DNA of 64,000 bases, from contig CAJXQU010000004.1 of NCBI GenBank assembly GCA_913058255.1, positions 95,302 through 159,301 on the forward strand. Direction: 5' to 3'. The DNA is from an uncultured Pseudomonadota bacterium (lineage in GTDB: Bacteria > Pseudomonadota > Gammaproteobacteria > CAJXQU01). Below are positions 22,446 to 31,257 of the stretch, in pieces; position 1 is the first letter of the stretch, and each line of letters begins with the position of its first letter. A program made the translations under genes and the position numbers. The notes under the pieces were generated by a model that was not told where the DNA came from, made no database searches, and saw nothing but the letters and a program-made list of their open reading frames with translations.

Positions 22446-23996
22446 TTATGCCTGATCTTCGGGCATCATAAACCCGGAAAATTTTACGCCAGATAATAAA
22501 GCCATCTCTCGATGCCAAGTTGCTAAATCATTTATGTTGAACAAATTCAACGACTCATGACCACATGCTCTAGCCATAACCTGCATGAGTTCAACAGACG
22601 CATCAAAGAAATTTCTTAGTTGAATGGCAGATTTTTCAACATTTAGCCGTTGCCGTAAGTCAGGTTTTTGTGTTGCTATACCAGCGGGACAATTATTAGT
22701 GTTGCACATACGTGCAGCTACACAGCCTATTGCTTGCATAGCGCTATTTGATACGGCGACACCATCAGCGCCTAAGGCCATCGCTTTTACAAAGTCCATC
22801 GGCGTACGTAAGCCACCAGTGATGATAAGAGTTACTTGACCGCTAACGCCTTGCCTGTCTAAGTAACTACGCGCTCGAGCTAATGCAGGTATCGTTGGAA
22901 CACTGATGTGATCTCGGAACATTTCTGGTGCCGCGCCGGTACCACCGCCACGTCCATCTAAGATGATGTAATCAGCACTGGCATCTAATGCAAATTGAAT
23001 GTCTTCTTCAATATGATTGGCACTCAGTTTAAAACCAATAGGAATACCACCAGTCACACTTCGAACACGGTCAGCAAATTTTTTGTAATCCGCAGCAGTG
23101 TGTAAGTTTTTGAAAGTAGGGGGAGATATGGCTGGTTCACCCTTGGGAATATTGCGTACTTCTGAAATTTTACCTATATTTTTATTACCAGGAAGGTGAC
23201 CACCTGTTCCTGTTTTTGCACCTTGCCCGCCTTTGAAGTGAAAAGCCTGTACATTTTTTAGCTTAGCTTCATCATACCCAAATTGAGCACTTGCCAATTC
23301 ATAGAAATAGCGAGAATTAGCGGCTTGCTCCTCTGGTAACATCCCTCCTTCACCAGAACAAATACCGGTGCCTGATAATTCAGCTCCTTTTGATAAAGCC
23401 AGTTTTGCTTCTTCTGACAATGCCCCAAAACTCATGTCGGATACAAATAAAGGAATGTTTAATATCAGTGGTTTTTTAGCGTTTGGGCCAATCACTAATT
23501 CGGTACTAACGGCTACATCTTCGAACAAGGGCTTCGTTGCCATCTGGGCGGTCATGACTTGGATATCATCCCAATGCGGCAACAAATGACGGGGTACACC
23601 CATTGAGGTCATTGGACCATGATGTCCCATTTTCGACAAACCATCCTTAGCTAACTGATGTATAAACTCGACTGTAGGTTCTTCCACCGTAACACTAGCA
23701 ATAGGAATTTTACTGGAGTTAGCTTGAATACTCGGCCCTTCTTTACCGATGGCACTGTCGTCAAACTGCTTATGAGAGCCATCACAAAAGGGTAAGTTTG
23801 CCGAATGCTTGCACTGACATAAAAAAGCATCGTCAGACTTTTCAGCCGTAAATGGCTTGGGTTTAAATTTGGTTCCAGCATGTGAGCCGTCACAAAATGG
23901 CTGGTCATTAGAACGACCACAGGTGCAAAAGTAATATTCTTCACCTTCAGTTACAGAGACTTTTACTGGTTTGTTATTTGCTACTATCGGTTTCAT
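22446..23996 (-). CDS. Fusion protein: two CDGSH-type [2Fe-2S] zinc-finger-like domains + glutamate synthase (GltB) FMN-binding domain
   Basis: The N-terminus carries CTCGRSNDQPFCDGSH and CQCKHSANLPFCDGSH (two CDGSH motifs). The remainder (about 440 aa) matches the GltS FMN/alpha-beta-barrel domain (GEGG, the glycine-rich ILDGRGGGTGAAP, and a Cys cluster CNTNNCPAGIATQ). Confidence 0.8.
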   Translation of the reverse strand: MKPIVANNKPVKVSVTEGEEYYFCTCGRSNDQPFCDGSHAGTKFKPKPFTAEKSDDAFLCQCKHSANLPFCDGSHKQFDDSAIGKEGPSIQANSSKIPIASVTVEEPTVEFIHQLAKDGLSKMGHHGPMTSMGVPRHLLPHWDDIQVMTAQMATKPLFEDVAVSTELVIGPNAKKPLILNIPLFVSDMSFGALSEEAKLALSKGAELSGTGICSGEGGMLPEEQAANSRYFYELASAQFGYDEAKLKNVQAFHFKGGQGAKTGTGGHLPGNKNIGKISEVRNIPKGEPAISPPTFKNLHTAADYKKFADRVRSVTGGIPIGFKLSANHIEEDIQFALDASADYIILDGRGGGTGAAPEMFRDHISVPTIPALARARSYLDRQGVSGQVTLIITGGLRTPMDFVKAMALGADGVAVSNSAMQAIGCVAARMCNTNNCPAGIATQKPDLRQRLNVEKSAIQLRNFFDASVELMQVMARACGHESLNLFNINDLATWHREMALLSGVKFSGFMMPEDQA

Positions 23997-24491
23997 TAAT
24001 CAACTCCAAAATTGTGAGGTATAACACCATAAAATAAGTCTGTCGAAGCCAGCTCGATGGGAGACGCATTTTTTGTGACTGGAATGTATTAACAGTCTTA
24101 CTTAGTTGCTGCTTTATACGACGACATACTTACTTTCTTTAAACTCTTATACAATTCATTGTTTGTTTCTTAGGTAACCGTTGAATTGATACTTACCATT
24201 GCCCTCTTTAAATGTTTCTATTATATCAAAAGGTGAAAAATGTAAAGTTTCGATAGATTCACTATTCATTATAGTTTTTTTGAACACTTCCTTGTGATCG
24301 AATAGAACATTATCTCTACAAGGGCAGAGATATCATCTACTTTAAAAGTAATGAATAAATCTGAATTTTCATGATGAGTTTTTACAATTTTTGATCCATC
24401 GAAATTAATATTTATTTTGCTCATAGGCCGTTAAGGCTTCGCATCAGTGGTCGATAAAGCGAGTAGTGAACTTGTCCCCATAAAGCTCCTT

Positions 24492-25058
24492 CTATAGAAG
24501 AATTGCAGGCATGCCAGAAATGTATGGGTGTGCAAGCAAAAATATTGCAAACATAACCAAGCCCTTTGATAGCATTAATAACTCAGATTTGATTGATGCT
24601 GGCTCAGGTTTAACCCATGCTCCTTCTCGCTTACTTATTAAAACAATTTCTACAATAGCCCAAACACCCAGTGTGCCAAACAAAACTAAAGATCTATTAT
24701 CACCATTAGAAAAAAGGTGACCAATGCTCCAGAGCACGAGACCAGTTAATTGGGGATGTCTAATAATACGTTTTATGTTGGTTGCAGAATGTGCTGCAGA
24801 AAATAGTATAAAGGCAATAAGAGCAAGCAGGCTAGTTAGAACCCTACTCCATTCTGGCAATACATATATATTAACAGGATCAATCGAACGCCAACCAAAA
24901 ACCATAGCTACTATTGAACTAACTATTAAAATAGTGAAAATAATTTTATACGATGTTTCGCCAAGCCTGATAATGAGTTGCTTTCGAAATGGTATTATCA
25001 ACGACGGAACAAAATGTACTCCAGACCATAGAGCAAGTCCGATTATTAATAATATCAT
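24492..25058 (-). CDS. NnrU-family membrane protein
   Basis: 188-aa polytopic membrane protein with the RHPQLTG ... GHLFSNGD motif pair characteristic of the NnrU family (required for nir/nor expression in Rhodobacter). Confidence 0.6.
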   Translation of the reverse strand: MILLIIGLALWSGVHFVPSLIIPFRKQLIIRLGETSYKIIFTILIVSSIVAMVFGWRSIDPVNIYVLPEWSRVLTSLLALIAFILFSAAHSATNIKRIIRHPQLTGLVLWSIGHLFSNGDNRSLVLFGTLGVWAIVEIVLISKREGAWVKPEPASIKSELLMLSKGLVMFAIFLLAHPYISGMPAILL

Positions 25059-25358
25059 TAGCTAACCTTGATTGTTGAGTGATTGCCTAACTATAAATAT
25101 ACCTTAAAAGCAGCAGTAATACTTCCTTAATTCAGGCACTGAAAAACTATTAAGCGACCACTTAGGATTACAAAAATTTTTCTTTCCTAACTTTATTTTG
25201 ATTGAAGTTAAGAACCACATAATTTATCTGTTTATAAATTTGTGAAGCTATTCTTACTGCCTGCATTTTTCTCTGATCTATCGTAATGCCGAAGCCGGAT
25301 GGAAGGAAACACTTCCCATCAATTGAGGTATGACGGTTAACTCCTGAATTTCGAATTT

Positions 25359-25420
25359 TTTAGTAATGCCTGTCCTTTTAGTAATGCCTGTCCAAATTAA
25401 AATCGATCCAAATTAAAATT
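25359..25420. repeat. Short tandem repeats upstream of the transposase gene (TTAGTAATGCCTGTCC x2; CCAAATTAAAAT x2)
   Basis: Directly visible: ttagtaatgcctgtcctttt agtaatgcctgtcc aaattaaaatcgatccaaattaaaatt. They share the GCCTGTCC core with the repeats at 26707-26850. Confidence 0.7.
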
Positions 25421-25588
25421 GTTTATAAGTATAACTAAATAGTGTGGTGGTAAAAGAAAATATGATAAAGCTAGCCTCCTAGAAGAATCGTAATAAATCA
25501 TTAATTATCAATGGTTAAGTTGACGTAGTAGCCTTGGCTGTAAGAAGATAGACAAACTCATAAAGGACTATAGTAGGGATTAAAATTT

Positions 25589-26569
25589 ATGCCCCAGCCA
25601 CGGAAAGCACTGATAGCAATCGAAGACACACCTTATTACCACTTCACCTCCCGCTGTGTACGCAGAACATTTCTGTGCGGCGAAGACAAAGAAACAGGCA
25701 AAAATTATGAGCACAGAAAGCTTTGGCTAGAAAACCGCATAAGATTACTCGCTAGTATATTCACTATCGACATTTGCGCCTACGCTGTCATGTCAAACCA
25801 CTACCATCTCGTCGTTAAACTTAGCCCAGAACAAGCTGATGATTGGAGCGATAGAGACGTCGTAGACCGTTGGACCACACTCTACAAAGGCACCTACCTA
25901 GTCCAGCAATGGAAACAGAACAAAAAACAAACCAAAGCTGAACAGCAAACGACCCTAGAAACTATCAACCGCTATAGAATCCAACTAAAAGATCCCAGCT
26001 GGTTTATGAAATGTTTAAATGAACCGATAGCCAGACAAGCCAACAAAGAAGAAAACATCACAGGACATTTTTGGGAAGCACGATTCAAATCCCAAGCCTT
26101 ACTCACAGAACAGGCCTTACTAAGTTGCATGGCCTATGTAGACTTGAACCCCGTTAGAGCGAATATTAATCCAACACCGGAAGACTCAGAACACACCAGT
26201 ATCAAAGAACGCATACAAAAAACATTTGATTTAAAAGAAGCGGTTTCTCAACAAGACCAAGAAGATGCTCTCTACAAATTCAATTTACCGTTAAAGCCTT
26301 TAAAAGTATTTGAAGGACATTTAACGCAAGAAGAACAAAGGGGGATTTTATTCAGCGAGCAAGACTATCTACAACTAGTCGACACCACAGGTAGAATTAT
26401 CAGGGAAGATAAGAAAGGGCACATCAACCAAAACCTACATCCCATACTAGAACGCTTAAACATCACCTCAAACGAATGGCTAGAAAACACTATTCAATTT
26501 GAAGAGCGTTATCAAAAACACTTCGCTAAAAGACGAAGACCAAGAGAAAAATTAGCTGACACTGGTTAG
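25589..26569 (+). mobile_element. HUH-family Y1 (IS200/RAYT-like, COG1943) transposase gene
   Basis: 326 aa; the N-terminal block YHFTSRCVRRTFLCGEDK ... AYAVMSNHYHLVVKL contains the HUH motif (H-Y-H) and resembles IS200/REP-associated tyrosine transposases with a long C-terminal extension. GCCTGTCC-core repeats flank the gene on both sides. Confidence 0.7.
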
Positions 26570-26706
26570 CAAGCAAGCTAACGATCAAAAATACCGGTCA
26601 ATCAACCATTGATGTAAAGCATGCCTGTCATTTGTAACTTCTAGAAAAAGTTCATCAAAAACTAGAAAAACAAACAAAATTAAAAGAGAAGAGAGGAAAC
26701 CAAACT

Positions 26707-26850
26707 ATAAATCCAAGAAAGGCTTAAAGCTTTTTAAGTTGTGCCTGTCCAGTTTGCGGTCCAGTTTGGGGCAGTTTGCGATGCTCAGTTTGCGATGCTA
26801 TAAACCCAAGAAAGGCTTAAAGTTTTTTAAGTTGTGCCTGTCCAGTTTGC
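26707..26850. repeat. Two copies of a ~51-bp direct repeat, separated by a 42-bp spacer with internal CAGTTTGCGATGCT x2
   Basis: 26707-26757 reads ATAAATCCAAGAAAGGCTTAAAGCTTTTTAAGTTGTGCCTGTCCAGTTTGC. 26800-26850 is nearly identical, with 2 mismatches. It lies between the transposase stop and the stop of the 167-aa ORF. Confidence 0.8.
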
Positions 26851-26884
26851 TGTTAAAGTGTTAGGTTCAGACTTGATGACTGCC

Positions 26885-27388
26885 TTATTTACCTCGTTTT
26901 TTATCTTTTTTAGTGAAAATTCGAGTACCTAACTCTACTATCTTATTTGTATCTTTATCTATCAGTGCAAAGCCGATAGAATTAGATCCTATATCAAGCC
27001 CCATGATCAGCTTTGATTTATCTGACAAATTCCTAGTTGTAGTTTCCAAAGATTTTATTTTTTCTAACTTAGCGATAGCTTCATCTTTTGTTAATAGTTT
27101 TTTTTCCTGCTCATGAATGATGTCATCCTTAATGTCGTTTGTTAATTGTTTTTGCTTCTTTAACAACTCAGGAAGATCACTAACCAAATCTTTATAAAGG
27201 TTCGCCACTTTTTCTGCATCACTAGAACGGGCTTGTAACGCATTAATGGCTTCTTTTTGAGTAATTACAACCTTCTCTAAGGAGTTAAGCTTCGCATATA
27301 TGCCTTTAACTAAAAACCAAACAAATACGACGATTCCACCTGTTTCAAGGATACTCGTAATAATTGTTACTATTTGTTCATTATTCAT
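26885..27388 (-). CDS. Hypothetical membrane-anchored coiled-coil protein ending in an actin-fold/RuvC-like phosphate-1 motif (possibly a truncated gene)
   Basis: N-terminal TM helix (IVTIITSILETGGIVVFVWFLV), about 100 aa of heptad-rich sequence, then a C-terminal MGLDIGSNSIGFALIDKDTNKIVELGTRIF. This resembles the first beta-hairpin (DxGxxS motif) of ASKHA ATPases (Ppx/GppA) or the RuvC-I motif. The ORF stops 3 codons later, directly abutting the repeat array. Confidence 0.45.
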   Translation of the reverse strand: MNNEQIVTIITSILETGGIVVFVWFLVKGIYAKLNSLEKVVITQKEAINALQARSSDAEKVANLYKDLVSDLPELLKKQKQLTNDIKDDIIHEQEKKLLTKDEAIAKLEKIKSLETTTRNLSDKSKLIMGLDIGSNSIGFALIDKDTNKIVELGTRIFTKKDKKRGK

Positions 27389-27450
27389 ATAAAAAGTTAT
27401 TTATAAGTAGATTTTCCCAATATCAACTAGCCTGCAGTGCTGTGAAGAAA

Positions 27451-29127
27451 CTACCCAACCAACATCTCCTCAGCATGCTTCAAAGTCTGCTCAGTAATCG
27501 TCAAACCACCCAACATACGAGCAATCTCATCAATTCTTTGCTCAGGCTCAAGCGGTGTAATTTGTGTCCAGGTGTTATCTTTATCGCTATCTTTTTTCAC
27601 TAACATATGATTATGGCCTTGCGAGGCAACCTGCGGTAAATGTGTGACGCAGAGGACTTGTTTTTGCTCGCCTAAGCCGCGCATTTTTTTACCAACAATT
27701 TCAGCGATGCCGCCACCGATGCCGACATCGACTTCGTCGAAGACCATTGTCGGAACGCCTTTGCCTTGAGCGGTGATGACTTGGATGGCGAGGCTGATCC
27801 TTGATAGCTCACCGCCTGAGGCGACTTTGCTAAGTGCCTGTGGTTCTTGACCAGGGTTGGCGCTGACGAGGAATTCTATTTGGTCTATTCCAAACAGGGT
27901 TGGCTTCTCATCGTCTTTGTTGATCAGGCTTGCTTCAAAACGTCCGCCAGCCATACCCAATATTTGCATTTCTTTACTGATGACATCAGAAAGTTTTTTT
28001 GCGAATTTGTTTCTGCTCTCGCTGAGTTTTTGTGCGGTTTTTTTGTATTTCTCTAAGGCTTGGATTTGTTCGCTTTGCAACTCTTGAAAACGTTGGTCGC
28101 TGTTTTCCAAATCACTTAGTTGTGTTGTTAGTTTTTCAAATGTTTCTGGTAGTGTTTCTATTTTTGTTTGATGCTTTCTGGCTAAGTCGTGCAGCGTTCC
28201 TAAACGAGATTCGATGCTATCAAATTCGTTTTTGTCGAAGTCTAAGCTGCCAATTAAATCACGTAGTTGGGTTTCTGATTCTTCCAACTGAATATTTACT
28301 TCGTTTAGGACCTCTAGAATCGATGCAATTTTTGGATCGAAATCACTAACGGCATCGAGTGCGCTGATGGCGCTGCCCAGACTGGTAGCGATATTTGCTG
28401 CTTGCGAGTTTTCTTCGTCGAATAGCGCGGTTGCTGTCTGACAGGCTTCGGCTATCTGCGTCATGTTCGCTAGACGTTTATGTTTTTCTAATGTGGCGAG
28501 TAAATCATCAGAGTTAACAATGGAAGTTTCTAGCTCTTGAATTTGATAACGTAATAAATCTTTTTGCGCTTCGCGTTCGGAAGGATCGTCGCTGAGTGCT
28601 TCAAGTTCTGTGGTGATGTTTTTCCATTGTTCGGCTGTTTTCCTGACAGCTTTGGTGAGAGTGTCATGACCTGCAAATTCATCAAGCATTTCGCGTTGGG
28701 TATCTTTTCTTAACAACGATTGGTGTGCGTGTTGGCCGTGAATATCGATGAGATGTTCGCTGAGACTTTTTAGCGTTTGTACGGGAACGGAGACGCCGTT
28801 GATGTAAGCACGTGATCGACCATCTTTGCTGATCTGACGTCTTAGTAAGCAATCGTCATCTTCGTGATCAATATCTTGTTCGTCGAGTAATGCTTGAGCG
28901 GCGGGCAGTTTGGAAATATCAAAGATCGCGCTGATCGAGGTTTTGTCCGCCCCATTTCTCACCACGCCACTTTGGGCGCGATCACCTAGCACGAGTCCAA
29001 GTGCATCGATCATAATCGATTTACCTGCGCCAGTCTCGCCAGAGAAGACTGTCATGCCGTCGTTGAATTCTAACTCCAGCTCATCAACGATGGCGAAGTT
29101 TTTTACTGAAAGTTGCCTTAACCCCAT
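27451..29127 (-). CDS. recN: DNA repair protein RecN
   Basis: 558 aa; N-terminal Walker A GETGAGKS, a long coiled coil, and a C-terminal SMC-like signature. Confidence 0.93.
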   Translation of the reverse strand: MGLRQLSVKNFAIVDELELEFNDGMTVFSGETGAGKSIMIDALGLVLGDRAQSGVVRNGADKTSISAIFDISKLPAAQALLDEQDIDHEDDDCLLRRQISKDGRSRAYINGVSVPVQTLKSLSEHLIDIHGQHAHQSLLRKDTQREMLDEFAGHDTLTKAVRKTAEQWKNITTELEALSDDPSEREAQKDLLRYQIQELETSIVNSDDLLATLEKHKRLANMTQIAEACQTATALFDEENSQAANIATSLGSAISALDAVSDFDPKIASILEVLNEVNIQLEESETQLRDLIGSLDFDKNEFDSIESRLGTLHDLARKHQTKIETLPETFEKLTTQLSDLENSDQRFQELQSEQIQALEKYKKTAQKLSESRNKFAKKLSDVISKEMQILGMAGGRFEASLINKDDEKPTLFGIDQIEFLVSANPGQEPQALSKVASGGELSRISLAIQVITAQGKGVPTMVFDEVDVGIGGGIAEIVGKKMRGLGEQKQVLCVTHLPQVASQGHNHMLVKKDSDKDNTWTQITPLEPEQRIDEIARMLGGLTITEQTLKHAEEMLVG

Positions 29128-29975
29128 TGTAGTTTCGCGCGTAAGGTTGCGTAGTAGTCGTGATCATTTGGATGGATCAGTCGAATAAAACGATCACTTC
29201 TTTCAATCGTTATTTTGTCGTCTTGAGCCATGGTGAACTTTACATTTCCATCACAGGTAAGGCGTGCATGTTTTGCTTCTGGCGTGCTCACTTCAATACT
29301 TATTTTACTATCGGCGCTAACAACGAGAGGCCGGTTGCTGAGAGTGTGTGGACAGATGGGAACAAGCGATAGTGCATTTAGGCTAGGGTGTAAAATAGGG
29401 CCTCCACAAGAGAGGGCATAGGCGGTAGAACCTGTCGGTGTTGATATGATCAGGCCATCAGCACGTTGACTGTTGACGAAAACATCATCGATGTATGTGT
29501 CAAAGGTGATCAATCGAGCAGTATCCCATTTCTGTAAAACGGTATCGTTTAATGCCGTGAAGGTGCCTTGCACTTCACCGTTTCGAATCACTGAGCAACG
29601 TAAAATTGAACGATGTTCTTCAATAAAGTCGCCAGCAAGGATTTGATCAAGCTGTTGTTCCATTTCGTTTGGAGATATATCGGTTAGAAACCCCAAGGTG
29701 CCTAAGTTGATACCGAGTAGCCGTACATCAAAGCTGGGTAGATGTTGAGCCGCATGTAGCAATGTGCCATCGCCACCGATGGAAATCAGTAGATCACGGT
29801 TTTCAGTGTTGAGTGGACTGAGACCGGATTTTTGATCTTCACTGAGCTGTGCTGAGCACTGCTTATCAATAGCGATATCGATTTCTTGCGCTTTGAGATA
29901 GCGGATCAGTTGGATGAGTGCCTGTTGAACTCGTTCGTCGTCAGGTTTGGCAATTAGACCGATTTTCTTAAACAT
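29118..29975 (-). CDS. nadK: NAD kinase
   Basis: 285 aa with a GGDGTLL motif and NE/D short motif. It overlaps the recN start by 10 nt (nadK-recN operon, as in E. coli). Confidence 0.9.
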   Translation of the reverse strand: MFKKIGLIAKPDDERVQQALIQLIRYLKAQEIDIAIDKQCSAQLSEDQKSGLSPLNTENRDLLISIGGDGTLLHAAQHLPSFDVRLLGINLGTLGFLTDISPNEMEQQLDQILAGDFIEEHRSILRCSVIRNGEVQGTFTALNDTVLQKWDTARLITFDTYIDDVFVNSQRADGLIISTPTGSTAYALSCGGPILHPSLNALSLVPICPHTLSNRPLVVSADSKISIEVSTPEAKHARLTCDGNVKFTMAQDDKITIERSDRFIRLIHPNDHDYYATLRAKLQWG

Positions 29976-30063
29976 GGGGGAGAAGTTAGCAGTTCTTTTT
30001 ATGGCTCACAACGATTATTTTAACAAACTACCACATCTTGCGTCTGTTATTGAGGGAACAATT

Positions 30064-30090
30064 TTTGCACTCTTCATAGTAGAGTGCTAA
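30064..30090 (+). promoter_or_regulatory. CIRCE operator (HrcA binding site)
   Basis: TTTGCACTC-N9-GAGTGCTAA, compared with the consensus TTAGCACTC-N9-GAGTGCTAA (1 mismatch). It lies 48 bp upstream of the hrcA start. Confidence 0.85.
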
Positions 30091-30137
30091 ATTCTCGCGC
30101 TCAATATTGGAACGCTTGTCAGATAAATAGTGAAAGT

Positions 30138-31187
30138 ATGACGAATAAACCAGAACATAAAGATATGACGGAACGTCAACAGCATCTGTTGAAGGTGTTA
30201 GTGGAGCGTTATATTGGTGATGGGCAGCCGGTCGGTTCACGCACGCTGGTGAAAGAGTCGGGGCTAGATCTGAGTTCGGCAACTATTCGAAATGTGATGG
30301 CTGATCTGGAAGATTTAGGCTTGATTACATCGCCGCATACCTCGGCAGGACGCATTCCGACTAATTTAGGCTATCGGCTGTTTGTTGACTCTTTATTAAC
30401 GGTTGAGACACTTTCGACGGACGTGATCCAACGGATCTGTACGGATATTGAGTCGGAAGACGATGTGCAATCTTTGTTGGGCAAAACATCTTCTATGTTG
30501 TCTGAAGTGACTCAACTGGCTGGTTTGGTGATGATCCCACGTGCAGAGACACAGTCTTTGCGTCACGTTGAGTTTTTACCGTTGTCAGAAAATCGAGTAC
30601 TAGCGATTTTGGTCATCAATAACAAAGATGTGCAGAATAGGGTTATCCATACGCAGCGACCTTATTCAGCCTCGGAGTTGGAGCAGGCAGCAAATTATTT
30701 GAACCAAGCTTTTTCTGGCCGAAATCTTGCTTCTGTGCGATCGGACCTATTGAAAGAGATGTCTGAGGCGAAAGAGCAGGTTAACCATTTAATGACCACC
30801 GTTATTGAGATGACTGAGGCGTTAGATCGGGGTGCTCAAAAACAAGATTATGTGATTGCGGGTCAAACAAACTTGATGGAAGAAGGTCAGTTGACAGATA
30901 TTGATCAGCTGCGGCATCTATTTGAAGCCTTCAATCATAAACAGGATATTTTACATTTGCTTGATCAAGCGCTTGATGGTCAAGGCATTCAACTGTTTAT
31001 CGGTGAAGAGTCTGGTTATAAGGCGTTGGATGATTGCAGCATCGTTACATCGACTTACGAAGCCGATGGAGAGATTTTGGGTGTGCTGGGGATTATCGGC
31101 CCAACCCGAATGTCCTATGAAAAAGTGATCCCAATTGTCGATGTAACGGCAAAAATTTTGGGAACGACCTTGAAAACGCTGGGATAG
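30138..31187 (+). CDS. hrcA: Heat-inducible transcriptional repressor HrcA
   Basis: Winged-helix N-terminus (LLKVLVERYIGDGQPVGSRTL) and an HrcA C-terminal domain. The track ORF begins at 30084. An internal Met at 30138 or 30165 gives the typical 341-350 aa length. Confidence 0.85.
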   Translation: MTNKPEHKDMTERQQHLLKVLVERYIGDGQPVGSRTLVKESGLDLSSATIRNVMADLEDLGLITSPHTSAGRIPTNLGYRLFVDSLLTVETLSTDVIQRICTDIESEDDVQSLLGKTSSMLSEVTQLAGLVMIPRAETQSLRHVEFLPLSENRVLAILVINNKDVQNRVIHTQRPYSASELEQAANYLNQAFSGRNLASVRSDLLKEMSEAKEQVNHLMTTVIEMTEALDRGAQKQDYVIAGQTNLMEEGQLTDIDQLRHLFEAFNHKQDILHLLDQALDGQGIQLFIGEESGYKALDDCSIVTSTYEADGEILGVLGIIGPTRMSYEKVIPIVDVTAKILGTTLKTLG

Positions 31188-31257
31188 ACCCCAAGTAAGA
31201 GTCTGAATTTAAAGTATCGTATTTGAACAACGTATTTTTGTGGAGAAAAGGTAACAA

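Noticed and set aside
26700-26860. Possible CRISPR array (two 51-bp direct repeats with a 42-bp spacer)
   Set aside because: There are only two copies. The repeat length is atypical. The spacer is itself internally repetitive, with CAGTTTGCGATGCT x2. No cas genes are in the window. The repeat core (GCCTGTCC) recurs on the other side of the adjacent Y1 transposase gene. A transposase-associated repeat array is the better explanation.
26885-27388. Cas9/IscB-like N-terminus (GLDIGSNSIG resembles the RuvC-I motif GLDIGTNSVGWAV)
   Set aside because: The motif lies at the C-terminus of a 167-aa membrane-anchored coiled-coil protein. No HNH, RuvC-II/III, tracrRNA or array is nearby. The motif matches ASKHA ATPases (Ppx/GppA DLGSNS) equally well. 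It is kept only as a truncated actin-fold/RuvC-like hairpin.
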